A DNA stretch of 64,000 bases from Neocallimastix sp. 'constans'. Lineage: Eukaryota. The notes under the pieces were generated by a model. That model was not told the origin of the DNA. It did not search any database and worked only from the letters and a program-made list of their open reading frames with translations. Of the stretch, positions 1 through 17,275 are shown piece by piece. The stretch covers positions 186,001 to 250,000 of the forward strand of contig JBODTK010000121.1 of the NCBI GenBank assembly GCA_050613775.1, in the 5' to 3' direction. A program made the translations under genes and the position numbers. How positions within the stretch are numbered: the stretch's first letter is position 1; each line of letters opens with the position of its first letter.

Positions 1-668
1 ATTATTTATAAATTATATATAAAATAAAAGGTTTAATTCTATTATTAATAACAACTAAAGTTTTAGTTATAATATAAAAAATTAATATTTTAAATAATAT
101 TAATTTAAATATAAATTTATAAAATAAAATTTTTTAATAATAAAATATAAAAATATTATATTGATATTAATAATAAAATATAAAAATATGAAAATATAAA
201 AATATAATATTAATAGAAAAATATAAAAATATAATATCAATAATAAAATATAAAATATAAAAATATAATATAAATATTAATAATAAAATATAAAAAATAA
301 GGTTATAAGGAAAATAATTATTTATCATTTTCCTTATAACATGATTGTCAAAAAAAAAAAAATTATATAAAAATATTTTATTTTTTATTGACCTTTTTAA
401 TTTTTATTTATTTATTTATTTACTTATTTATTTATACATTTATTTCTTTTTTACTTAAAATTATATTAAATTTTATGGCGTAATAATATAAATTTTAAAA
501 GCCACAAATAAATAGATGGCTTATTAAAATTTCAAAAAAAAAAAATTGGCGAAATGGACCACATTCATTATTTATTATTTATTATTTATTATTTATTATT
601 TATTATTTATTATTTATTATTTATTATAAGAATTTCTTTATATAGTAATAATTAATGAATTTATGAAA

Positions 669-707
<39 letters not shown>

Positions 708-1351
708 AAATATAAAATAAAATAAGATGAAGATAATGTAACATTTTTTTTAAATATATAAAATATAATTTATACTAATATAAAATAGAATAGAATAGAA
801 TAAAATAAAATACAAAATATAAAGTTTATAATGAAAACTCCAACTAATCAATAACTCTTACAAACCTTTGAATTAATTTAACAGAGAAAAAAAAAAAAAA
901 AAAAAAAAAAAAAACTTATTAAAGTGACCAAGTTATTTCAACCTTTGAACTCCTTTAAAAATAAAATAAATTTAAGAATAAAAATTAAAATTAAAATAAA
1001 ATACAACTCAATAAATATTAAAAAAATATATATATATATATTTTTTTTTATCTTCTTTTTTTTTTCATGTAATCAACTTTTTAAAAATAAAATTAATATT
1101 ATATAATAAAACTTATAATTTCCTTTTTTATAATTGCTTTTTTTTTTTTTTTTTTAATAATTTTTTAAAATTAAATTGAGTCTTAAATTCATTTTCATTT
1201 CCTTTATATATATAGATTTATTCCTATTTTAATATATTTTATTCTTCCTATATATATTTTTTTCTCTATTATTATTGATCATTATTATTATTGTTGTTGT
1301 TGTTGTTGTTATATTTTTCTCTCTTTCTTTAAAATGATTTCTTTTTCTTTT

Positions 1352-1382
<31 letters not shown>

Positions 1383-2260
1383 CGTTATTTTCCTTTATAA
1401 TAAAATTTTATTAAAATATTAAATTTATATTTTATATTTATATTTTTTTTTCCTTTTTTATTTATTTTTTTATTTCTTATTTCTTTTTTTTTTTTATTTC
1501 ATTTCTCATGTTTCAATTTGTTTATGTTTCATTCATCATTTCTTATTTCATTCATTTTTTTTTTTTTTTTTTTTTAATTCTGTAATTTAACAAATTAAAA
1601 AAATTAAAAAAATTTTTTTTTTCCTTTTTTATTATTTTTTATTATTTTTTATTATTTTTTTTTTTTTTTTTTAATTTAAATTTTTTTTCCCATCATCATT
1701 TAATTTAAAAATTTTCCTTTTTTTTTTTTTTTTTTTTTTCTCTCTCTTTGTTAATTTATCCAAATAATAATGATGCTAATAATGTTATTATTATTTGTTA
1801 TTATTATAAATACTAATAATTGACACAACAACATAAAAAAAAATAATAATAATTAAAAAAATTTTTTTTTTTTTATTTAATTTATTGTATCAAAAAAAAT
1901 TTATTTATTTAATATTAATATATACATATATACATATATTTTATATTGATTCAAACAAATAAATAATTATATTAATATTTTAGAAAAAAAAAAAAAAAAA
2001 AAAAACTTTTAATTTTCCCCACCATGATTTCAATAGATTACTTTCTCCCTTCCAAAAAAAAAAAAAAAAAAAAAAATTAAAAAAAAAAATTATTTTCTCT
2101 CTATAGATAATACATATATATATATAAAGAAATAAATAATCATCACTATCTACTAATAAAATGTAAATTATAAATTATTAATATCTATCAAAATATTAGA
2201 AATTATTATTATTATAGTTTTTATAATAAATATTTATATTATTTATAACATTTTAATAAT

Positions 2261-2304
<44 letters not shown>

Positions 2305-2784
2305 TTATAGTTGGTTGTTGCTATTATTTTTAAATTTTTTTTTTTTATATCATTGATCCATTTATCTATATTAAAGTTTAATAAAAAAAAAAAATAATAA
2401 TAATAATAATAATAATAAATATATATATATATATCCTATATTTTTAATATTTCTTTTTTTTTAAAAAAGAAAAAAAAGAAAGCATCAAAAATATTTCTTT
2501 TTTTTTTAAAAAATAAAAAAAAAAAAAAAATTGTCATGGTATTAAATCATATTGATATGTAATGATAATAATAATAATAGTTGACTAATAATAATTTTTA
2601 TCTGGGATGATAATAATTTTTTTTTGGTGATAATAATAATGATGATAATAATAATAATAATTATAAATTTTTTTTTTTTTTTTTATTTGTAAAAAATCAA
2701 TAAATAAAAGATTCCTATTCAACATATTTATTTTATTTTATAATAATTTGTTTTTATCTATTTAGGATATTGATACTTTTTAAT

Positions 2785-2816
<32 letters not shown>

Positions 2817-2900
2817 CTTATTTATCCTTCAATATCTAATCCATAATAGTTTTAACCCTTTATTTATTTATTTATTATTATTATTATTATTATTTATTTA

Positions 2901-2932
<32 letters not shown>

Positions 2933-3034
2933 TTTATTTAAACCTAGTATTTATCTCTTAAACAATAACAGATAATATTTCTATACAGGAAAATAAATAA
3001 ATAATAATATAATAATAAATAAATAATAAATAAA

Positions 3035-3066
<32 letters not shown>

Positions 3067-3593
3067 AAAAGAAAACATTTAATATCAAATAATTACTATA
3101 TTATATTATAATTTTAAACTTTATCTTTCATAATCCTATTTTAAAATATGAATATATTTACATACATTTACATAAAAAAAAAAAAAAAAATTTTTTATAG
3201 ATAATTTTTTTTTTTTTTTTTTAATTTTTTTTTTACACTAATAAAAAGTATATAATAATAATAATAATAATAATGGATATGTCTTATTTATTATTTTCAC
3301 TTTATTTATTTCATTTTCTTTTTTTATTTTTATTTTATTTTTCTTTTTATTTTTATTTTCTTTTTCTTTTTCTTTTTATTTTCTTTTTCTTTTAATTTTT
3401 AATTTTTAATTTTTTTCTTATTTCATTTTATTAATAAAAAAAAAAAGAGAGAGAGAGATAAAGAATAATTAATAAAAAAAAAAAAAAAAATTTTTTTTTT
3501 TTGCTCTTTTTTTTCTTTTCTTTTTTTTTTTGCTCTTAATTTTTTAAGTCATATTATTATATCTCTTTATTTTATTTTATTTTATTTTTTCTT

Positions 3594-3640
<47 letters not shown>

Positions 3641-3731
3641 TGTTATATAGATATATTGTTTATCTTCTTTTTTTTTTTTTTTTATTACAAATATCAAATA
3701 TGAAAAAAAAAAAAAAAAGGATATTTCTATT

Positions 3732-5932
<2,201 letters not shown>

Positions 5933-6989
5933 TTTTTTTTTTTTTTTTTTTTTTTAATGAAATATATATATATTAATAATAGATTGATATATATAAAATT
6001 TTTTTGTTAAAAAAAAATAATGTAAAAAAAAAAATATAGGTTTTATTTTGGTGTGGTAGTTAGAGTTATATTTTTTTTTCCTTACTAAATATTATTTCAA
6101 AAAAATTCAAAATAAAAAAAAAAATAAGCATTATTAAGAATGTAATTTTTATTTTTTATTTTTTATTTCATTTTTTATTATTATTATTACTATTATTTAT
6201 TTGTTTATTTGTTTATTTATATATATATTTATTTATTTATAATTGTTTATATTAATTCATTGATGTTCCTTTTTTAATTATTTCTTTAAGATAATTTTAA
6301 ATAATTATTTATTAATAAAAGTATATTTATTTAGAATAACGTATTTATAATATCTTCTTATGTTTACTTTTTTTATTTTTTTAGGGTATTGATTACAATT
6401 ATTTGTAATAATTATAAAAAATTACTTTTTGATATTAAAAAAATAAAAAAATAAAAATTATAATAAAAAAATTTAATAAAAAAAATATATATATTAATAA
6501 TTTATAATTAATGAATTTTAATTTTATTAAAAATTCAAAATTTTTATAAATAATTATATTTTATAATTAAATAATAAATAATTTAAAATATTTCAAAATA
6601 AATGACGTGACTACTTTTTTATGTCTATTAAACATATATTTAAATATTTTCTTTTTTTTCATATATATAAATATGTAATATGTTAGTAATAGATCTTTAG
6701 TATTTATGTTAAATATTAATTTTTTTTTTTTTTTATAGCCGAAACCTATACATTTTTTTTAAAAAAAATAATAATAAAAAAAAAAAAAATAATATAATAA
6801 AATAATCATTTTTAAAATAGTAAATGTGAAATAAAAAAGTAATATTCAATAATAAAGTGTATAAATAAATTCAAAAAAAAAAAAAAAAAAAATTATATGC
6901 AACGAACCTCACCTCCAGATTACTTATTCTTGATTAGGGTTTGAATTAACTATCTTAAAGAAATTATGGTCTTCTCCTTCAGAGGAATT

Positions 6990-7745
6990 GGCCCTGCTAG
7001 TCTGGCACATAATACTATGTCATCTGCAAAGAGACCTCTACAACGAGAGTGGGGAATTTCGCCATGTTGCATTTTGCCTAATTTTTTTTTTTTGAAAGCA
7101 TGTAGCGTATTAAAAAAATGTTGTATTTCTCCAATTGAAAATTATTAAATGAATAAATAAATAAATATATTAAAATATTATTAATAATTTTATAGTAAAT
7201 ATTTAAATACTAAAAAAAAAAAAAATTCATTTATAGATATCTATACAGATATCTATATATCTCTTTAAATAAATAATAAATAATTGATAAATAATAAATA
7301 ATAATATTAGCAGTATAGTAATAATTATAAAAGGATTTTCATTAATAATAATATTTTTTTTATAATTAAATATTATAAATAATTATTTTATTACTATTTT
7401 ATAAAATATTAAAAATATATTATTTGTAAAAATAATATTAAAATAATATTGTATTAAATAAATATTATAGAAAAAAAAAAGTTTTAAGAAAACATATTTT
7501 GAATTTTTATTAAATATAAATATTATAAAAAAAGTTTAAAAAACATATTTTGAATTTTTATTAAATATAAATATTATAAAAAAAAAAGTTTTAAAAAACA
7601 TATTTTAAATTTTTATTTACTTATATCAATATATCACTTGGCGAAATGAAACCTGGCGAAATACAACTCTTTCCTCCACAGAAGCGTTAATCACTAATCA
7701 AGATTTCAAATTTATCATATTTATTAAAAATGTGATAGCAAAACT
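6990..7745 (-). pseudogene. Degenerate non-LTR RT fragment split by a MITE
   Basis: The minus strand reads IFNKYDKFEILISD*RFCGG (about 7740-7672) and resumes GLFADDIVLCA (about 7037-7005). This matches DIFDKCKRYGVITEKKKCCGGLFADDIVLLA of the intact LINE at about 48.7 kb. Confidence 0.75.
7045..7673. mobile_element. Non-autonomous TIR element (MITE), Mutator-like
   Basis: Imperfect TIRs of about 33 bp: GAGAGTGGGGAATTTCGCCATGTTGCATTTTGCC vs reverse complement GAAAGAGTTGTATTTCGCCAGGTTTCATTTCGCC. G...C termini. Degenerate 9-bp flanking duplication CTCTACAAC (7036-7044) / CTCCACAGA (7674-7682). AT-rich non-coding interior with a ~55-bp tandem duplication. Confidence 0.6.
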
Positions 7746-8840
7746 AGAAAAAAAAAATTATTCTTTTTCCTTATTAAATTACTAATTGCATTAATGTAAA
7801 TATATAATAAAAAATAATTTTTTTTGAATAAGATATTTATATCTTTTTCCTAATTATTGAAATTTCCTGTATCAATTAATTTATAATTTTTTTTTTTCTT
7901 TTTTTTTCTTTTAGACTTAGAGAATAACTTTATTTAATTTATAATAATAATAAAATTACATGATATAAATGAAAAATAAAAAAATAAAATACATGAAATA
8001 AAATATTATATATTATATAATTATAAAAGTGCGTTAGAAGCAATAATTTCAAACTTTGCCCATTCAAAAATAATAATATTATTATTATAAATAAAAAATA
8101 TATCTATATATAAATTATTTACCGAACATAAAATTTATTCAAATAAGTAATAAAAAAAAAATTCTTTTTTTTTTTTTTTTTTTGAAAATAAGATTTTATT
8201 ATTTTATTATTACAAAATATTATTATTAAATAACTGGTTTTTGTTGTTTTTTTTTTTTTTTTTACATGTCATAAAAATGAATTTAAATAATTTTTTTCAC
8301 AACTTTTATAATTTGCAAGTAATGTTTAAAAATACATAGAAAAAATATTTAGGTCAAAATAAAAATTGATCAAAAAAAAAAAAAAAATAAAATTATCAAA
8401 AAAATGACCTTATATTATTATAATAATTATTTGTAATTACTATTAGTTATTAAAAAAAGAAGAAAAGAATAAAAAATATCTTCTTTTATAAATAAATAGT
8501 TTACTTTTTCTTTTACACCTTATGATTTTCTTTAAAATATTATATATTAAAATATATTTAAATATTTTTATATGAAATATATTTTGTAAAGGGGTAAATA
8601 AGTTTTATATGCATTATATTTGTATTGACCATAAATATATATATATAATATTATATTATATTTTAAGTAAAGAAAATCGATTTGAATTTAATTAAAAATA
8701 AGTTAATAAATAAAAAAAATATAAATAATATATATAAATAAATATTATATGGTGTAAAAAAAAATAATAATAATAAATATAAAAAACTTTCATTTAAAAA
8801 GCTTTTATAATTTTTTTTTTTTTTTTTTTTTTTGAATCAT

Positions 8841-8872
<32 letters not shown>

Positions 8873-9069
8873 GATGCTTGGATATTATAATATTTAAAAT
8901 AAAATAATTTTTTTTTAAAGAAAAATTATTATTATCTTATATATGCTTTCATTTTTTATGATATTTTTTCTTTTTAGTCTTTTTTTTTTTTTTTTTTTTT
9001 TGAGTTAAATTTTATTATTAGTATTAAAAAACGCGTGTTTTTTTTTTTTTTTTTTTAATATTAAATAAT

Positions 9070-9585
9070 TTACTTTTTGCTTTCACTTTCGGTCTTTTCA
9101 TTCTTACTACTCTTTAATACACCCATAATCTTTTCTGGACCTAAAGAGTTAATGGTATTGCATAAACCTTTACTAAGAATTTCACTATTAACAACACTTC
9201 TGAGTTGCTTTATGTTAGAGGTATCAACATTCTTTAAGATATCCTTACGCTTTTGTTCATTACACTTCTTAGAAACTCTACTTTTACCTGCCTTTTTACC
9301 ACCACGTTTCTTATATTTATTATAATTTGGTTTTGGAGTGATTTCACTTGGCTTTGCACCATTTAAGTTATTAATTTCATTGTGTACCTTCTTTCTTGCG
9401 TTCTTTAATTCGCCATCTATTTCTTCGGCTTCTCTTTTTCTGTTTCTCTTTGATGGGGAGGTTGGAGATGCTTCTGAATTGCTTAATTTAGCCTTTTTGG
9501 TGGGTGAAGCTAAAACTTCTTTCTTATCAGTTTCTCCAGCACTGAATGGTTGGTTCTTTCCGCGAAGTCTAGTGTTGTATGGCAT
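9070..9585 (-). CDS. Small Lys/Arg-rich hypothetical protein (171 aa), probably nuclear
   Basis: Uninterrupted ATG-to-TAA ORF with GC content well above its flanks, SP/TP motifs and basic clusters (KRNRKR, KKRGGKK). No family recognised. Confidence 0.7.
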   Translation of the reverse strand: MPYNTRLRGKNQPFSAGETDKKEVLASPTKKAKLSNSEASPTSPSKRNRKREAEEIDGELKNARKKVHNEINNLNGAKPSEITPKPNYNKYKKRGGKKAGKSRVSKKCNEQKRKDILKNVDTSNIKQLRSVVNSEILSKGLCNTINSLGPEKIMGVLKSSKNEKTESESKK

Positions 9586-9991
9586 GATTCTAATTTTAGT
9601 TCATTTAAATACAATATTAATATTATCATTAATAATTATTGCTTCTATTTTTTTTAATTATCATCACATTTTATTAAAATTAATTATTGTTATGATTATT
9701 ATTTTTATAACAATTTATAATTATTAATATAATTTATCATTTTAATTATTATATATATATTTTTTGTACTTTATTATGAATGAAAATTAATCCATAAATG
9801 AAAATATTTATGCTTTTTATATAAATTTTAAATATAACTTTTTGATTTAAATATTCTAGTTATTTTACTAATTAATATTTCTATTATTTCAAATATTGGA
9901 AGAAAACCAGCTTATATTGAATATTTTTTTTATATATTACTTCTTTATATTATATTTTTTAATATATTACACTTTCATATTTTATTCTATC

Positions 9992-10023
<32 letters not shown>

Positions 10024-12632
10024 AATTTTGTAATATTTCTTTCCATATTTATTTATTATTTTTACTATCCATACTATCTAATTCAGTAAAGAACGAATTT
10101 TATCTTCTATCTTAATTAAATTCTCTTATTAACAACTATATTACTTGCTTTTTTATATATGTTTAATATATTATATACATAAAATTTATTTGTTATATAA
10201 AATTTTTATATATATAATCTTTACCTAATATAAGTCTTAAAAAGAAATATAAATAAGAAATAATTTAATTACTACTTTTTTTTAAAAAAAGAAGACTTAA
10301 ATATAAATTAAATGAGATAAAAATTTATATAAAAAAAAATTACAATAAAATAATTTTTAAATCTTTTATAATAAGAAAAAAAAAATTGAGCTTTATTTCA
10401 GTGCAATGAAAAATATATACATTTATTCAATCATAATTAATTAACTATAATTAACTATAAATTTTAAATTATTTTATCTATTTATTAATAATTATAATTG
10501 TATTATTTCTACTAATTAAATAAAAAAATAAAAAATAAAAAAAAAAGGTTTAAATGAAAATTAAAAATTGATATTAAAAGGTAAATAATATTTATTTCTT
10601 TATATATATATATATATATATTTAATCTCTAAAGTTTAATTTAATTTTGAATATTTAATTATTTTATCAAATAATAATTCTATTATCGTTATAAATTTAC
10701 AAAAATAAGAAAAATTATTTCCTTTTTAATTTATAAATTGAAATTACTACAAATTATTTTTTTTTTTTTTTTTATCATATAAATTTTTATCTCATTTAAT
10801 TTATACTACAAAATATAATATATATTATTATAAATGATAAAATATTTAAATAAAAAAAATAATAATAATCATATTATATTTTTTATCTATCTAATTATGA
10901 TATTATTATTATAATTTAATATATATAAATAATTTATATTTTATTGAAATAAATTTATTGTTAAAAGAAAAATTAATTATATGATATTGATAATTATTTT
11001 AAATTTATTTATAATATGTTTTAAATAATAAAAAGAGAATTATTAAATTTCTATAATATATTATATATATTATGTTTTCTTTTTTTTTTAAATTTATTGT
11101 AATTAATATATTAATTATCTATTGTATTATACATCTATTATAATAAATACCTTTATAAAATATTTTTTAAAAAATAAAATGAATTTACTAAATGAATTTA
11201 CTATATTACAATGAAAATAAAAAAAAAACTTTTTACGTACTATGGTTTATCTGAGTTTAAATTAATAAAAAATTGTAATAAATGATAAATTTAAAAATTT
11301 TTAAAAACTTTAAATTATATATATTTTTAATTAAGTAATAATTATGAATGATTATGAAAGTTTTTTTTAAAAAAAAAAAATTTAAATTTTAAATAATAAT
11401 AATTTGAATGATTATTACTGTAACAACAAAAAAAAAAAAATTTAATTTCATATAATATTTATTTTGATATTATTTATTATTCCTTTTTGTGTTTTTATTA
11501 AAAATTATACAAGAACAAAATATATTTCAACATATATATATTTTTTATCATTAGAAATATATAAATATAATTATATTATTTAATAATTAAAATATGGGAA
11601 AAAAGAATAAATTTATAAAACATTATATTTTTTTATTATTATTATATTTATTAATGTTGATTTTTATTTATTCAATGTGATTATAGTTTATAGTTTATAA
11701 ATTTTTACTTTAGGTAATATTTCATTAAATTTAAAAAAAAAAAATTAATACCAAATAATTTGTTAAATTAAATATATATATTAATAAAAATAAAAATAAA
11801 AATAAAAATAAAAATAAAAAAAAGACATTAACTTTAAAAAACCTAATAAGAAACAAGTCATTATATTATAAATTTATTAATTAGTAACAATTAATAATTC
11901 AAAATAATTATTAGATTCTATTTATTATATTTTTCTTTTATTAATTCAAAAAATTTATATAATTTATTTTTCTTTTTTTAAGTATAAATTCTTTAATACA
12001 TATATTATAATTAGTTTATTTCTTTTTTCTTATATTTTTTTAAATAACATTATTTATATCAAATAAAATAATATAATATAATATAAAATAATATAATATA
12101 ATATAATATAATATAATATAATATAATAATTTTAATATTAATATTAATATAGCCATGAATTAAAATTTATATATACTATAGAATTATATACCATGTTATA
12201 ATTAATAAATAAATTAATAAAAAATAAATTACAAAAAAAAAAAAAAAAAAAAAATTCATCATTACCACATCACTTAATATTAACATAATAAAATAAATAT
12301 TAAATATATTAAATATATAATTCAAATATACATAATAGTACTATAAAATAATAACATATAATTAAAAAATAAGTAAAAATTAAATATTTATTATTGATAT
12401 AAATATCATAAATAGTTTCTTTTATTTTAATTGTTTTGTTTTGTTTTGTTTTGTTTTGTTTTTATGAAATATCAATATTAAATAATATACTAATTTAATA
12501 TTAATTTTATGAATAAATATATGAAATAATAATTTATTTTCTTTAATTAGTTCTTATTATTCTAATTTTTTTTTATTCATTAATAATTATATCATAATTG
12601 ATTTATGATTTATATACTTAATACTAAAAATT

Positions 12633-12735
12633 TTAATTTTTTATTAATTGAATAAAAATTGTATATTAATTTTTTATTAATTGAATAAAAATTGTATATT
12701 AATTTTTTATTAATTGAATAAAAATTGTATATTAA
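12633..12735. repeat. 33-bp tandem repeat, 3 copies
   Basis: TTAATTTTTTATTAATTGAATAAAAATTGTATA repeated three times. Confidence 0.85.
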
Positions 12736-12827
12736 TAAACTGTATTATTTGATATACCTAATTTATATTCTCTTAAGATAAATTTATAATTAAACTATTT
12801 TATTATATACGTTTTGTTTTGCTTTGC

Positions 12828-12900
12828 TTTATTTGTTTATTTATTTATTTATTTATTTACTTATTTATTTATTTATTTACTTATTTATTTATTTATTTAC

Positions 12901-12998
<98 letters not shown>
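12828..12998. repeat. (TATT)n microsatellite
   Basis: Direct reading. It generates the spurious FIYL ORFs. Confidence 0.95.
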
Positions 12999-13051
12999 TA
13001 ATAAAAAAAAAATAATTGCTTTGTTTCTACTTTTTAATAATGCTTTTTAAA

Positions 13052-15174
13052 CTATTGTAAGAAATTCTCTTGTCCATATAAACTAACAGCTGAAATTTCA
13101 ATTAACTTTAAGCCATTTAATATTTCAGATATACACATACTGAAGGCATAATAACCAATCCAAAATTCATAAAGATTATTGTTGGTTTCCGTTCGTAATT
13201 TAACCAAAATTTTTCGATTAAGACGTTTATTAGGATTTTCAGGGTTTGGAAGATAGCAGGGAAGTGGCTTATGGAGTTGAATTGCTGCAGAATAAAGATA
13301 AAAACATAGGGTAATATTAGTAATTAAATCTTGACAATCCGAATCATCCCAAGTATAATAAAGGAATGAAGAATCTGGAATTTCATAATGTTTGAAATTT
13401 TCTACAAATACACGAATTGATCTTAAAAGATCTAAAATAAATTGTGAGGATCGAATCATTGAAAGAAATTTATTGGGCTCAAATGGTCCTCTAAATCGAG
13501 GTTCCTTTCTTGCCATTGCTAGTAATACTCTTTGACGAATAAGAAGCAATTGAATACTACGTTCAATTTTGATTGCTACTTTTAAATTATATTTTTGATT
13601 TTTGGAAGTGTTAGCCATTAAATTAGTCATAATTTGATTATAAAGAATACCTAAATAGCTCATAGAGGTAGCTAACGAATATCTTAATTCTGTTCTAGCT
13701 AATGTTGGCCAAATTAAACGTCCAATAATAAGTGCTATGAAAATACCAAGTAAAACCATAGTAACACGTTTTACCCCTACTAACCAAATATTTTCTAAAT
13801 TTTCTGGTTCTAGAAGATTTGTTCCATATTGACCAAAAAGTACGATTACAAACGTTGTAGATGTAACACATCCTAATTTTGCTGAACTATATATATATAT
13901 ATATATTTTTTTTTATATTATTTTATATTTTTATTATTATAATTGTTATTGTTAATAATGTTAGTATTATTTATTATTATTTGTTTTATTATTATTATTT
14001 ATTATTTATCTATTTATTTATTAATTAATTTATTCATTTATTATTCATTTATTCATTATTTATTAATTATTATCATTGTTATTAAATTAATTAATAGAAT
14101 ATCAATTTGAATTATGTCATAACCATGCAATTAATATAAGAAAAAAAAAGTAATAAATTAATTATAAAAAAAAAAAATAAAATAAAATAAAATAAAAATT
14201 AAGCATACTCTATAGGATGGTCTTTCAAATGATTCATAATAAATGATAAAATAAAACCAATTATACATAAAATATATGGATTTCCTTTTGAAACTTCCCA
14301 TGATAATACTGCAATTAAACCACCTAATAATGTTCCAATTGAACGGAAAATACAATTTACTACTTCACCTGCATAAGTCGGTGCTACTACAGCAAATACC
14401 TTATATAAATAAAAATATTAATATTAATAAATATATATATATATATATTTAATATATTTAACTATTGTTATTATTATTATTTATGATAATGATGGGGTTG
14501 ATTAACGTACTGTAATAATTGTCCATTGACCATGCCAATCATAATACCAATTTCTAGTAGAATCAAAAAAGGCAAATTGTGAAAAAAATACAATCATTAT
14601 ACCAACTTTCAATCCAAATCTAATAATAGGATTTTTAAATAGTTGAAAAAATTCCCATAATTTTCTACAAATAAAATCCATTATACTATAATTAAAAACT
14701 TCTCCTTTTTCAAAAATTGAATGAGTAGATGAAAAATTTGAATCCGCTTTGCTTATTTTTATATCATTTAAAGTTTCCTTTGTATTTACATGCAAATTAC
14801 CAGTACTTCCAATTTTCGTTGGCTTCTTTTTCCATCTTGGAATATGAAAAAGTTTTCCTTTCTTACGTAAATTCTTTGTTTGATTCTGAAAATCATATAA
14901 TAATTCAACAAATCTTGAAAGACTGAAGCTGTTTTCGTTTAATTTAATTAAAAAAAAAATATTCATAATTATGTTGGTGAAAAAAAAAAAAAAAAAAATA
15001 ATAATAATAATAATAAAATTAATATATTAATAATTATATATTTAAAAAATTTAATATATTTATAGACTAGACTAAAATATTTGAAAAAAGCGATTATATT
15101 TATTTAGAAAATTAATATATTAATAAAATATTAATCTACTGATTAATTATTATAATACTTATTATTTTTTCTTT

Positions 15175-15207
<33 letters not shown>

Positions 15208-17275
15208 CTAAAACTTACATAAACAAAAAGTTCATCAAAAAATTGCTTGTTTCAATGTCAGTAATATCATCAATAGGAGAATTAGCTAAATCACTTTGGA
15301 ATTTTCTTGCATTTAAAATTCCATTATTAGTAAATAAATTTGATACCATTGTTTTTTGAATAGCTTGAATTTCTTCCCAATTTGAAACAATATCTGAAAA
15401 TATTGATTCATCATCTTCTTTTTTACGTTCATTTGGATCTTGATTATATAAATATGAAAGTTTAATTAGCATCGAACAACTTTCTTTTAATATTTCTTCA
15501 ATTTGACCTTTAATATCATGAATGTAAGACTTTTCTTGTTCTAACGACTGAACATGAGCTCTATACTCTTTTAAATTATTTGTCAATGAAAGTATCTCTT
15601 TCATATTACTAATAGTATCTTGATTATTAAAATAGTCATCCATTTGTTGATCATTGAATTTAACATGATTTTCATCAAATATAGGTTCATTTTTAGCTGA
15701 TTTAATACGAATACAAGAAGCCATAGAAGATAAATGACCCAATAAATCTGTTAATGTATTAATTAAATGTTTATAATCTTTATAGTGAAAATAATTATAA
15801 TCGAACTCTAAGCGACATTCTTTTAATAATCCTAATAAAACGGTAAAATTAAAACGAACAGCCATAATTTGAGTTCTAATACTTTCTTTCACTTCAGATG
15901 TTAATGCCTCATTTGGATCTTTTATAAGATTAGTTAAAACAATAGTTAATAGATATCCAATATTATCCAGTGAATTCCCAATCTTTATTTATATTATAAT
16001 TTTATATAAATAATAATAAATATTTCACAATTAATTTAAATATTATTATATTTATAATATTATTAAAATTAATTAATATTAAAAATCTTACCTGGCGTCT
16101 TAAAATTCCAAATGCTCGGTATGGAAAAACAATAATACCCATTAAAAAGAAAATAATTCCCCCAATAACAAATCCAAAATATGATTTTAATAAATATTCA
16201 TATTCAAGATTATTATGTTCATAACTACACATAAGAGAATTAAAAAATAACATAGCCCCAATAAAATATGCGCCATACAATCTTGGATATTTCCCTTTAA
16301 ATAATTAAATAATAATAAATAAATAAATATTAAATATTAATGAAAAGTAATAATAATATATATATAATATTCATTTAATATTAACATCAATTTATAATTG
16401 GAAAATTATTTACTTACCATATATAATTGATACAATAACGGAATATACTTTATTTATACAATTAATATTATTAAAATTTCGATATATATTAGTTATAAAT
16501 AAAAAATATTTATATATATGTATTTATATATATTTAATAATTTTTTCTTTTAAAAAATATAAATTCTTACAAAATATATATATACTAAGGAAAAAAGGTT
16601 TATTTTGAGTTATATATGTTCCTATATGAATAATAATAATAATAATAATAAAATAATTGTAATAATAATAAAAAAATAAAAATAAAATAAAACTTTTTAG
16701 TATTTTTAATTATATTAATATTTAAATATATATATATAAAAAAAAAAAAAAAAAAAAAAATACAAATTATTATGTAATATAAATTATTTAATTGCAATGT
16801 ATTACATACCTAAAGCAGAACAAACACAATTTGCAAAAAGAAAAACATTAATAAAAAAGAAACAGTTAATTAATCCCCCGACAGTAAATTTCATATCAGC
16901 ATAAATAAGTGTTATTGGTACAAAAATAATAGAATCTCCAAAATATTTAGTAAGTGGAGTTATAAAGGTAAAAAGGGAAGCAATAGTAAAAGCTAAAGAA
17001 GCTTTAAAATTATTTCTAAATCTTCTTGATTTTAAATATTTTATTAATGCATCTTTTGAAAATTTGATATTAAATGGTGTCATTTTATTTCCAGGTATAG
17101 TGGCCGGAATAGGATAACCATTGGGATTATCATATACAAAAGTGGAAAGATCTCTTTCTTCATTTTGGTCTAATGGTGTAATATTTGAAGGTGATAACTG
17201 GGAAAATGGGTCAAATGCTTTAAATTCATAATTATATTCAGAAAAAGCTCTATTCAACTGTACTCGAAATTTCAT
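13052..17275 (-). CDS. Multi-exon FUSC_2 / aromatic-acid-exporter (ArAE/ALMT-related) family membrane protein
   Basis: Exons about 17275-16810, 16621-16571, 16447-16418, 16294-16093, 15982-15218, 14929-14510, 14399-14210, 13888-13052. Two hydrophobic bundles, each followed by a helical soluble domain. Motifs FKASLAFTIASLF, RFGLKVG..GQWTIITV, RSIGTLLGG, WPTLARTELR, EPRFRGPF and HKPLPCYLP are typical of the fungal members. Confidence 0.85.

Noticed and set aside
12814..13050. Short F/I/Y/L-rich ORFs here and at 924, 2770, 16600, 32327, 38846, 57860 and 62739
   Set aside because: Translations of microsatellites, homopolymers or AT-rich non-coding DNA.
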